NCBI GenBank assembly: GCA_028826165.1
Contig: JAPDFW010000067.1
Location: forward strand, 1 to 64,000
DNA: 64,000 nt
Reading direction: 5' to 3'
Source of the DNA: Anaeramoeba ignava BMAN
Taxonomy: Eukaryota; Protista; Anaeramoebae
The position numbers and the translations under genes were made by a program. Positions 1 to 23,639 of the stretch are shown one piece after another. Every line of letters starts with the position of its first letter. Position 1 is the stretch's first letter. Under the pieces are notes generated by a model that worked only from the letters and a program-made list of their open reading frames with translations, was not told the origin of the DNA and did not search any database.

Positions 1-923
1 TTATTAGTATTTTCTCATTAAATTGCTCAATAAATTCAATTCCCCTATTTCTTTTCAATTCAATTTTCTGTTCCAAAATTCCAAAAGCAAAAACAAAAGG
101 ATTTTTGATTCCATTTTTCTTTTCAATTTACATTTTCCACTTTCAATCTCAATCAATTTCACTTTATATCTATTATTTTTGGGAAAATCAATAATATAAT
201 TCAAGCGTGATTTTACTTCTTGAATTTTGGCATCATTCAAAATATATAAGCATTGATAATTTTTCAAGTTCCATATTTTATATTCCAATTTTTGAGAGCA
301 ATATGTCAAAATTTTTGAATTAAGATCATCAAATTCAACAAATCCTGGCCATTTCAAACTTTTGATTCAAAATCAAATTTCCCTGATTTGATTTTTCTAC
401 AAAAATTCAACATAAGTTGTTCTACAATGAAGTGTTGAAAATTATCTTCTTTAAAACTGAAACTGTGATCAAAGAAAGATTCAATTTATTGAAATGAATG
501 ACCTAATAATTTCATCATTTCTTAGATTAGAAACCCAAGATTATTTTTGGATCTTTTTGTTTTTGAAAAAGAATAATTTAAGCAAAAATGTTCCAAATTT
601 TCCTTTTTCTTTTCTTTTACTTTTAAATCAAAAATTGAACCAATTCAAGATCTGACAAAGTAAATAATAAATCTTCTCCAATTGTCATTTCAATTATTTT
701 GGATCTTTTTGATAAAATTGATACATTCGAAATTTTTGAATTTCTTCTGAATTAAAAAGTTTCTAAAACTTGATAAACTTTTAAATTTTCAATTTGAATC
801 TCATTTTTCTTTATATTCTTTTTCTTTTAATATTTTCTTTATTTTTGATCTAAACAGATTTGTTCCATTTTTGGAATAAATTTGAAAAAAAACAAAAGAA
901 AAATGTTTTTCAATTTTCAACAT
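1..923 (-). CDS. Conserved uncharacterised beta-propeller-like protein (WPGFVEFDD family), partial and frameshifted
   Basis: ORF 55..357 reads KWPGFVEFDDLNSKILTY...YKIWNLKNYQCLY, resembling a motif I recall from an uncharacterised plant/protist family. The upstream part is broken by indels, the start is approximate, and the gene probably runs off the window edge. Confidence 0.45.
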
Positions 924-1089
924 TTTTTTTTAATTCTCTTGACATTAACAAAAACACAAACAACATAATAAAATAAAATCTGATCTAAATAATAAAATAA
1001 AAATAAAATTAAAATTAAAAGATCTAAAAATTTTTCAATTTCGTCAATTCATTTTTCTTTTTCTTTTTCTTTTTCTTTTTCTTTTTGGA

Positions 1090-4000
1090 ATGTCAGAGAA
1101 TTTTTATTTAAAATTTTAGTTTTTGGACACTCTGGTGTTGGAAAACTTCAATTATTAACCGATACATTGTAAATTTCAAACAAAACAAAACAACAAAATT
1201 TCAAAACAAAACAAAACAAAACAAAAATTCAAAAATTAAAATATTTTTAAATTAAAAAGGATAATGAATTTGATTTTCACATGTTCCAACAATTGAGTTG
1301 AATTTGTAAATAATATTCAATTAATTTTATTATTTTTCTCTTGATCTTTTTATATCAAAAATTTTTCTTTCTTTTAAAAATTAAAAATTAAAAATAATAA
1401 AATTAAAATCAATAAAAAGCGATTTAAAGACTTAACAGTTGATGATCAGAAAATTCGGTTACAAATTGTAAGATAAATTAACTTTAAAATTCTTTTAGAT
1501 TTTTAAAATGAAGAAAAATATTTTTAATAAATAAATTAAAACAAAAATAGTGGGATTCTTGTGGTAAAAATTACCAAAAACAAAATATAAAACAATCATT
1601 TTTAAAAATGAAAAACACTTTAATTTTAGGTCAAAAAGTTTAAGGATGCCTTTTACTACAGCAATTTATAAGTATATTTTATTTTTCAATTATTTTTCAA
1701 TTTCATTTTTTCTTATAATTTATAATTTATAATTTATAATTTATAATTTAGAAATTCAAGTGCTTTTATTGTTGCTTATGATTTAACTGATTTAGATTCT
1801 CTTCAAGAACTTTTTATTGAAGAAATTGAAAATCATGCAAATGAAAATCCTTTAATTGTTATTGTTGGGAATAAAGCTGATCTTCCTTCAAATATTGAAA
1901 ATCCAGAAGAGAAAATAAAAGTAATTTATAAACAAAATTATAATTAAATTTATAAACAAATTTATAAACAAATTTATAAACAAATTTATAAACAAATTTA
2001 TAAACAAATTTATAAACAAATTTATAAACAAATTTATAAACAAATTTATAAACAAATTTATAAACAAATTTATAAACAAATTTATAAACAAATTTATAAA
2101 CAAATTTATATCAAAATTAATATCAAAATTAATATCAAAATTAATATCAAAATTAATATCAAAATTTATATCAAAATTTATATCAAAATTTATATCAAAA
2201 ATTTATATCAAAATTAATATCAAAATTATTATCAAAATTTATATCAAAATTTATATCAAAATTAATATCAAAATTAATATCAAAATTAATATCAAAATTT
2301 ATATTAAAATTTATATCAAAATTAATATCAAAATTTATATTAAAAAATTAATATCAAAATTTATATCAAAATTAATATTAAAATTTATATCAAAATTTAT
2401 ATCAAAAATTTATATCAAAATTTATATTAAAATTTATATCAAAATTAATATCAAAATTAATATCAAAATTAATATCAAAATTAATATTAAAATTAATATC
2501 AAAATTAATATTAAAATTAATATCAAAAATTTTATCAAAATTAATATTAAAATTAATATCAAAAATTAATATCAAAATTAATATCAAAAATTAATATCAA
2601 AATTAATATCAAAATTAATATCAAAATTTATATCAAAATTTATATTAAAAATTTATATCAAAATTTATATTAAAATTAATATCAAAATTTATATCAAAAT
2701 TAATATTAAAATTAATATCAAAATTTATATCAAAAATATTAAAATTAATATCAAAATTAATATTAAAATTAATATCAAATTAATATCAAAATTTATATTA
2801 AAATTAATATTAAAATTAATATTAAAAATTTATATCAAAATTAATATCAAAAATTAATATCAAAATTTATATCAAAATTTATATCAAAATTAATATTAAA
2901 ATTTATATCAAAATTTTATATTAAAATTTATATCAAAATTTATATTAAAATTAATATCAAAATTTATATCAAAATTAATATTAAAATTAATATCAAAAAT
3001 TTATATCAAAATTAATATTAAAATTAATATCAAAATTAATATTAAAATTAATATCAAATTAATATCAAAATTTATATTAAAATTAATATTAAAATTAATA
3101 TTAAAATTTATATCAAAAATTAATATCAAAATTAATATCAAAAATTAATATCAAAATTTATATCAAAATTTATATCAAAATTAATATTAAAAAATATCAA
3201 AATTTATATTAAAAATTAATATCAAAATTAATATCAAAATTAATATCAAAATTAATATCAAAATTTATATTAAAATTTATATCAAAATTTATATTAAAAA
3301 ATTAATATCAAAATTTATATCAAAATTAATATCAAAATTTATATCAAAATTAATATCAAAATTTAATATCAAAAATTAATATCAAAATTTAATATCAAAA
3401 TTAATATCAAAATTTAATATCAAAATTTATATCAAAATTTATATCAAAATTTATATCAAAAATTTATATCAAAATTTATATCAAAATTAATATCAAAATT
3501 AATATCAAAATTTATATTAAAATTAATATTAAAATTTATATCAAAAATTAATATTAAAATTTATATCAAAATTAATATCAAAATTTAATATCAAAAATTT
3601 AATATCAAAATTTATATCAAAATTTATATCAAAATTAATATTAAAATTTTATATTAAAATTTATATCAAAATTAATATCAAAATTTATATCAAAATTTAT
3701 ATCAAAATTAATATCAAAATTTATATCAAAATTAATATTAAAATTTATATTAAAATTTATATCAAAAATTAATATCAAAAATTTATATTAAAATTTATAT
3801 CAAAATTAATATCAAAATTAATATCAAAATTTATATCAAAATTAATATCAAAATTTATATCAAAATTAATATTAAAATTAATATCAAATTAATATCAAAA
3901 TTTATATTAAAATTAATATTAAAATTAATATTAAAATTTATATCAAAAATTAATATTAAAAATTTATATCAAAATTAATATCAAAATTTATATCAAAATT

Positions 4001-4735
4001 TATATTAAAATTAATATTAAAATTAATATTAAAATTAATATTAAAATTTATATTAAAATTTATATCAAAATTAATATCAAAATTAATATCAAAATTTATA
4101 TCAAAATTAATATCAAAATTTATATTAAAATTAATATTAAAATTAATATTAAAATTTATATTAAAATTAATATCAAAATTAATATCAAAATTTATATCAA
4201 AATTAATATTAAAATTAATATCAAATTAATATCAAAATTTATATTAAAAATTAATATTAAAATTAATATCAAAATTTATATTAAAAATTTATATTAAAAT
4301 TAATATCAAAATTAATATTAAAATTTATATCAAAATTAATATTAAAATTAATATCAAAATTAATATTAAAATTTATATCAAAATTAATATCAAAATTAAT
4401 ATTAAAATTAATATCAAAATTTATATTAAAATTAATATCAAAATTAATATCAAAATTATTATCAAAATTAATATCAAAATTAATATTAAAATTTATATCA
4501 AAAAGGAATTGACAAACGGAAAAATTATAAAACTTTTCGAACAAGTGCAAAAAGAAAGTACAAATGTAGATGAATTATTTTTCTATTTAATTAAAAAGAT
4601 GAAAAATGCACAAAAATGGCACAATCAATAAATGATCCAAACAAAAATGATTTTATAACAGATGACCAATTTAATAATTTAGGAGGATTTAGACCAAATC
4701 CAATTTGATGAAGATAAAGGCAAAAATGTTGTTAG
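1090..4735 (+). CDS. Rab family small GTPase, 7 exons, divergent
   Basis: Exons give FKILVFGHSGVGK (G1), TIGVEF (G2), WDSCGQ (G3; exon 1551..1563), IVGNKADL (G4), TSAK (G5, after intron 1921..4505) and a C-terminal KCC* prenylation motif. Several 1-nt indels must be assumed. Confidence 0.9.
1921..4505 (+). repeat. 2.6 kb Rab intron filled by a 12-nt tandem repeat (AAATTTATAAAC, then AAAATTWATATY)
   Basis: GT at 1921 and AG at 4504-4505. Splicing joins PEEKIK|ELTNGKIIKLF in frame between G4 and G5. Confidence 0.88.
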
Positions 4736-5160
4736 ATTTGATTCAAAAACAAAAATAAAAAGAAATCTTTTATTCCAATTTCCAAAAACGGAAAACTTTT
4801 TAAAACATTTAAATTTTTCTTTTTCTTTTCTTCTTTTTTCTTTTTCTTTTTCTTTTTTTTTTTATCCAATTAATTTTTACGTTTAAAAATTTGCATTTTC
4901 ATTCTGATTTTTGTATTGCTTTTTCTTTCTTAATCATCTTTCTCAAAAATTTAGAAAAACAAAAAAAAACATTTTAAATTAAAATTAATAAAAAATTTAA
5001 ATTAAAATTTGAATTAAAATTTGATTTTGTATTTATTTTGGAATTTAACTTTTAAATTTTTTTTTTTGGAAAGAAAAGAGAAAGAGAAAGAGAAGAAAAA
5101 AACATAGAAATCATATCAAGAAAAAAAAAGAAGAATTTTTTGAATAGAATGATGTATTCA

Positions 5161-5696
5161 TTAATGTCCAATTCTCTGAAATTCCCAATCACGAGTACAT
5201 AAAGGACAAACACTTCGAGTTTTCAACCAACGAGAAATGCAATGAAAATGGAAAGCATGATTGCAAATACCCCAAGCAACTGTGCATTCTTCTGTTGTTG
5301 TTGAATTTGGATTAGCTTGGCATTCAATACAAAGTTCCATTAATTGATTTCGACAAATAGCGCAAGTATCAACTTGCAAATCCCATTGCCATAAACTAAA
5401 AAAATTTATTTATTAAAATTTATTTATTTATTAAAATTAATTTATTATTAAATTAAATTGGAATTTTTTCATTGAAAATAAATTACCAGACAGCTAGTCA
5501 GTAAATAATTAAATAAAATTCAATTTTCCATTTATTTTTGTGCATTTATTTGTGTTTTTAAATTAAATGAGAACTTATTAATTTAAATTCATATTTTTAA
5601 TTTATTTTTACCATTCCATTTTTAACTTCAAGTTTTGCTTTTTCCTTTGATTTACCTCCACCTCTACCTTTTTCTTGGTTTTTCTGTATCAGCCAT
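5161..5696 (-). CDS. RBX1: RING-box protein 1 (cullin-RING ligase subunit)
   Basis: Exons 5696..5612, 5493..5487 and 5395..5161 give [22 protein letters not shown]...[23 protein letters not shown]. One homopolymer indel in exon 1. Confidence 0.95.
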
Positions 5697-5781
5697 TTTT
5701 GTTTATAAAAATTTTTAAAAATAAAGAAAAATGAAAAATGAAAAATTTTTATTAAAAAGAAAAAGAAAAAAAGAGATAAAT

Positions 5782-6559
5782 TTAAGACAATTTAAGTTTT
5801 ATTTTTTTCCAATCCCAATAAGGATTTCCAAAAGGAAGAACATATTTTCCAGCAAGATCTCCAAGAAAAAGAGCTAACCAAATATAAAAAGATAAAATAA
5901 AAACCATTAGAAAAGGTAAACCAACTAAAACAGAATTGACATTATAAGCAACTTTTAAAATTGTGAAAAAAATTCCTAAAGCAATTGTAAATGTCATCCA
6001 AAAAATTAATTTATTTGATTGAAGTGTAATTCCTGCTATCAATGCCAAATAAAAGCAAATTAAAACTAGAAAGCCAGTTATCATTTTCAAAACGGCTCCT
6101 TTTAATGGAATTGAATAATCCCAAACATTATGAGTCCAAGTAAAACAAAGAATACTCCAAAATGTTGACATGATCTATTTTTTAACGGAAAAAAAATTTT
6201 TTTTTATTGATTAAAAAATTAATTAAAGATTTTTCTTTTTGATTGATTCTGATTTTCTTTTTACAAAAAGAAACTAGTTTCCCATAATTTTCTTTCATGA
6301 AAATTAGAAAGAGCTCCAAGAATTAAAAGAATAGCTGGGAAAAGGAAGAACCATCTAATTTGGAAAACTATATATTTGAAATGAAATTAAAACAAAATTT
6401 TTTTTCTTTTTATAAAAATTTTGTAAAAATTTCACCATTTCCTTCTTCAATTCCAAAATTAATAACAGAAAATAAAAGAGAACCAAAAGATATTCCTATA
6501 TATCCAAGCCGAGAAGTCTTTAAGAAATTTAGGCGAGGATTTTGTTGTGAAGTAATCAT
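5782..6559 (-). CDS. Multi-pass membrane protein, GPR1/FUN34/YaaH (SatP) acetate transporter-like
   Basis: About 6 hydrophobic segments over several exons. The C-terminal GKYVLPFG resembles SatP GRTVLPIG. The canonical N-terminal NPAPLGL motif is degenerate (TSRLGYIG). Confidence 0.5.
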
Positions 6560-6766
6560 TTTTATTTTATTTTTATTTTATTTTTTAATTTAATTTAATT
6601 TAATTTAAAATGAATAAAGAAAAAATATGAAATGTTGTTATTTTAAAAAAAACTTTTTTGTGTATTTTTATTAATTATTTTTTTAATTGATGAGTCATTT
6701 TCCACGTAATTTAGTTTAATTTAATTTAAAAAAAAATTTTTCCGAAATCAAATTAATCAAAAAAAA

Positions 6767-7551
6767 TTAATCAATTTTTTTGTTAATGAAATTAGCAAGT
6801 TTTGTACTTTTTGTTGGTTGGAAGAGAATTTCATTTCTTTTTAAATCATTAATTCTAGAAAGGATTCAAATTTTATAAATGAATTTTAATTTTAATTTTA
6901 TAAATAAATTTAAATTTTATAAATGAATTTTTACAAATCTTCCTTAATTTTATCTCTTTCTTCATTTTTCCCTCCTTGAATTTCTAATTCTAATTCATAT
7001 CCAATCCCAAAATCATACTTTGTTTTATCAACTTCAATATGCAAATTATTTTTCCAATTAAAAACTTTTCTCACATTAGAAAAATTCCCAAGTAATTTCC
7101 AACCAGTAATTTCTGGAAAATCTTTTTGTATTCTTTGAAAAACTTTCAAATTATCAAACAATTTTGGAATTTTTTGAAATTCTTTTGAATTTCTCAAATT
7201 ATTCATAAAATTATTTGCTTCTTTTAAATCAACAAAATCTTCAATTTCTTCACAAGTTCCAATTCCATCTTTTATAGTATGTCCTGCTTTTAATGTTATT
7301 AAGCATTTCTCATCCCAAAATCTAAAGCGAAGAGCTCCTTTATTTTTTTTCCTTTTCACAATTAATTTTTCAGTTATTTTATTTAAATCAAACTAAATTT
7401 CCTTTCTTATTTTTTTTTACAATAAATCAAGATTATCAGTTAAATAAAAATTGTTTTGAAAATGTTTTTGAATTGGTTTTCCTCCAAGAAATTGTATTAA
7501 TTTTTGATATTGAAGTTTATCAAGTAATCTAAATTTGATTTCAATTTCCAT
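6767..7551 (-). CDS. CYTH / triphosphate tunnel metalloenzyme
   Basis: N-terminal MEIEIKFRL (ExExK), QNNFY, ALRFR, ITLK, EEIE, IEVDKT, YELELE and a C-terminal STKLANF; introns present. Confidence 0.85.
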
Positions 7552-7701
7552 ATTAAATGAAAAATGAAAAATGAAAAATGAAAAATGAAAAATTTTTGAA
7601 TTAAATTTTTCATTTTTATTTTAGTTATTTCCTTTTCCTTTTTACCAATTTTATTATTTGAACTCTTTTACTTCTTTTATTTTTCTTTTCTAATTTATTT
7701 T

Positions 7702-20027
<12,326 letters not shown>

Positions 20028-20114
20028 TTTTTTTTTATTGAATTTTTTAATAAAAAAGAAAACCAAATTTTTTTTTTCATTTTTTTCTCATTTTTTTCTT
20101 TTTCATTTTTTTCA

Positions 20115-21950
20115 ATGACAAATATAAATTTAAATGAAAATATAAATCCAAATATAAATTCAAATGAAAATATAAATTTAAATCAAAATCAAAATGAAAA
20201 TATAAATCAAAATATAAATCAAAATATAAATCCAAATGAAAATGAAAATCAAAATCAAAATCAAAATCAAAATCAAAATCAAAATATAAATTTAAATCAA
20301 AATTTAAATTTAAATCAAAATCAAAATCAAAATCAAAATCAAAATCAAAATCAAAATCAAAATATAAATTCAGATGAAATTTTATTTCGTCAATCAGAAT
20401 ATTTAATGAGGAAATTCCAACCAACATTATTTATCGAATTGATTTCAAAAAAACTTAAATGGGTTCTAATCCCTGTTTCAATTACAATGATTCTTGTTGC
20501 TTTTTTCATTGAATCAATTTACATTTCAGGTGAAAACTCAAATGGAAGTCCAAAAAACAAGTTTAATAGTATTCCTGTATTTAAATCAAACTTAAACAAT
20601 TCAACCAATAATTTTAACCTAAATGATTGGGGAACTTGCTTTATTTATTGTTGGGTTGAACAACTAACTATTTTTCTGATACTTTTAAACTTAAATGTTA
20701 TAAAAATACTTTTTATATTGGTTAATATTGTCAACATTTGGAATGCTTTTGTTTTTCTGCTTCTTCTTTTCTGTATTGCACTTAATTATTTGCCAACAAA
20801 GAAAAATTTAGGAAAAAAAAAAATTTGATTTTTTTCTCTTTTTAGGGACATTTTACAAATTTTTAATCTTGGAATTGATTGGATTTCATTTGTAATGCTT
20901 ATTTATAACTTTTCTGTTGTTGGAATATTAACGATGTTTTGGCATGGACCAAAATGGATAAGTCAGGGATATTTGATTATATTTAGTGTTCTTTTAGCTT
21001 CTATTCTTGCAAAATTACCAAAAACAACAAATTGGATTCTTTTAATTTTAATTTCATTTTATGGTAAAAATCAAAAATTTTTCTGACATTTTTATTTATT
21101 TAAATTATTAAAATTAAATTTTTGTTTTATTTTTGAAAAATAAAAGATATTTTCACAGTTTTATCTTCAAAAGGTCCTTTAAAAATGTTAATAGATGAAG
21201 CAGTGAAAGCAGATCAACAACTTCCTTTTTTAATTTATTCTTGTAATTTAATTAAATTAAAAATTAAAAATTAAAAATTTAGATTTTAATTAGAAATCAA
21301 TTTTCTCTTTAGCTGCTGCTTGGATATTTTACAAATTTTGATAAAGAAAAATCCAAAAGAAAAGAAAAATGAAAAAGAAAAAGAAAAAGAAAAAGAAAAA
21401 GAATCAATTAGTGAAGATGAAAATGAGGAATTAAGAAGATTAATTGTTAGACCAATTAATGAATTTGATCTAAAAAATGGTTTTAAAAAAGAAAATTAAT
21501 TTTTCAATTAAATTTTTTTATTAATTTGATCCAAAAAAAAAAAAATTTTTGTGGAACAGAAAAATAATCAAAAATTTATTCAAAATTTTTCTGAATCAAA
21601 ATTAAACTTGGATTAGGTGATTTTATATTTTATAGTCTTCTAATGTCTCTTGCTTGTTTTTTCCAAGTTATTTGACTGTTTTTATTACTTTTATTGGAAT
21701 TTTAACAGTAAATCTTTTTTTTTTAAAATAAAATGAACTTTCAATTTTGATTTAAATAACTTTAAAAAATAAATTTTTTTTGTTTAAATCAAAATAGGGA
21801 TTAACAATAACTCTTTTCTTTTGGTTTGTATATGAAAAAGCATTACCAGCTTTACCTATATCTATTTTTCTTGGAATTGTTTTTATTTTTGACTGATTTA
21901 ATTTTAAATCAATTTAAAAAGAAAAATACAGAACAAAGTTGGATTTTTAA
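20115..21950 (+). CDS. PSEN: Presenilin (GxGD intramembrane aspartyl protease)
   Basis: YNFSVVG..FWHGP..QGYLI, ISFY|DIFTVLSSKGPL (YD split by intron 21064..21146), IKLGLGDFIFYS (~21601) and ALPALPISI (~21840). Confidence 0.92.
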
Positions 21951-22029
21951 ATTAATAAATAATAAAAATATTGAAGAAGAAAAATAATTTTTAAATAATA
22001 CATATAAATATGTGAATTTTATAAGTTTT

Positions 22030-23330
22030 AGTTTTTAATAATTGTTAGTTTTTCTTTTCTATTTCTTCTTCTATTTCTATTTCTATTTCTTCTTCTATTT
22101 CATTTTCTTTTTCTTTTTCTTTTTCATTTTCATTTTTATTTTCATTTTCATCAAAAAAAAAATTTTCCGAAATTAAATTTGCTTTAATTGCAATCTAAAA
22201 TTAAAAATGATAAAAATAAAGAATAATTTGAATAAAAAGAAAATTATAAAGAAAATTACAACGCAAGCTTCTCTAATTTTTCCTTGTTGTTTAAGAAGAA
22301 AAATGTAATCAAGAAGAAATTCTTTTGCTTTTTGTTGAGTAATTCCCATGAATTCTGAAACTTTTGAAAGATCTAAAAATTAAAAAAGGGGAACAAAATT
22401 TTGAATTTTCAATTTTGAATTTTGAATTTTGAATTTGATATTGATATTGATATTGATATTGATATTGATATTGATATTGATATTGATATTGATTTGTGAA
22501 TTTGATTTTGAATTTGATTTTGAATTTGAATTATTTGTGAATTTGAATTTGAATTTGATTTTGAATTTGAATTTGAATTTGAATTTGATTTTGATTTTGA
22601 TTTGATTTTGATTTGAATTTGAATTTGAATTTGATTTTGAATTTAAATTTGAATTTGAATTTAATTTGATATTGATATTGATATTGATATTGATATTGAT
22701 TTTGATTTTGATTTGATTTTGATTTGAATTTGAATTTGATTTTGAATTTAAATTTGAATTTGAATTTGATTTTGAATTTTGATTTTAAATTTAATTTGAA
22801 TTTGATATTGATATTGATATTGATATTGATATTGATATTGATATTGATATTGATATTGATTTTTGATTTTGAATTTGATTTTGAATTTAAATTTGAATGT
22901 GAATTTGAATTTGAATTTGAATGTGAATTTGATATTGATTTTGAATTGAATTTGATTTGTGAATTTGAATTTAAATGTGAATTTGAATTTAATTTGTGAA
23001 TCTTCTACCATTCACTCCAAATTGAGATAAACCAACAAGAAAACGTTTAAATTCATCATAATCAGTTTGAGAAACAGAAAATAAAGAATCATTTGGATTT
23101 TCTTGATTTGATTTTTCAAGTAAATTTTGAAGTTTATTTCTCCATTTTCTTCCTTCTTCTAAATCAAAAATTTTAGCAAGATGAAGAAGAATTCTGTGTG
23201 TTTTTGAAAGATAAACAACTGCATCATCTATTCTTTCTTGTTGTTGATTTTGAAGTGAAGCCGTTAAATAAATTTCAGCTTCTTTTAATAAATTCTTGAA
23301 ATTTTGATTTGAATGAGTATAATAATCCAT
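22030..23330 (-). CDS. SSXT (SS18/GIF N-terminal)-like domain plus SANT/Myb-like domain protein
   Basis: LLKEAEIYLTASLQNQQQERIDDAVVYLSKTHRILLHLAKIFD resembles SSXT. DEFKRFLVGLSQFGVN|DLSKVSEFMG resembles SANT. The 3' end is approximate. Confidence 0.6.
22373..23008 (-). repeat. 636 bp intron filled with hexamer repeats (TCAAAT/TCAATA/TCAAAA on the coding strand)
   Basis: Donor G|GTAGAA at 23008 and acceptor TTTAG at 22373. The phase-1 join restores N-D-L-S-K-V. Confidence 0.8.
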
Positions 23331-23639
23331 TTAAATTTTTTATTAAATGAAAAAAAAAAATGAAAAAAAAAATAAATTGTTAAATTAATAAATTGTTTTT
23401 CCTTTTTCAAATTCCTTTTAAAAGAAAAGAAAAGAAAATCTCAATTAAAGCAAAATTATCTCAATCCAAAAAATTTTTAAAAAAAAAAAAAGAAAAAGAG
23501 GAAAACAAAAATTTTCTTGTTCTTCTTTTTGTTCTTCTTTTTGTTTTTGAAATTTGTTTTTGAAATTGTTTTGTGTTTGGTTTTGAAAAAATACAAAAAG
23601 AAAAATCAAATATTAAAAAGAAGAAGAATATGAAAAGAT

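Noticed and set aside
1888-4550. ORFs such as (NLFI)n and (DINF)n; likewise 31485, 44430, 51133, 52222, 52283, 63460 and 63746
   Set aside because: They are translations of non-coding tandem repeats whose period is a multiple of 3.
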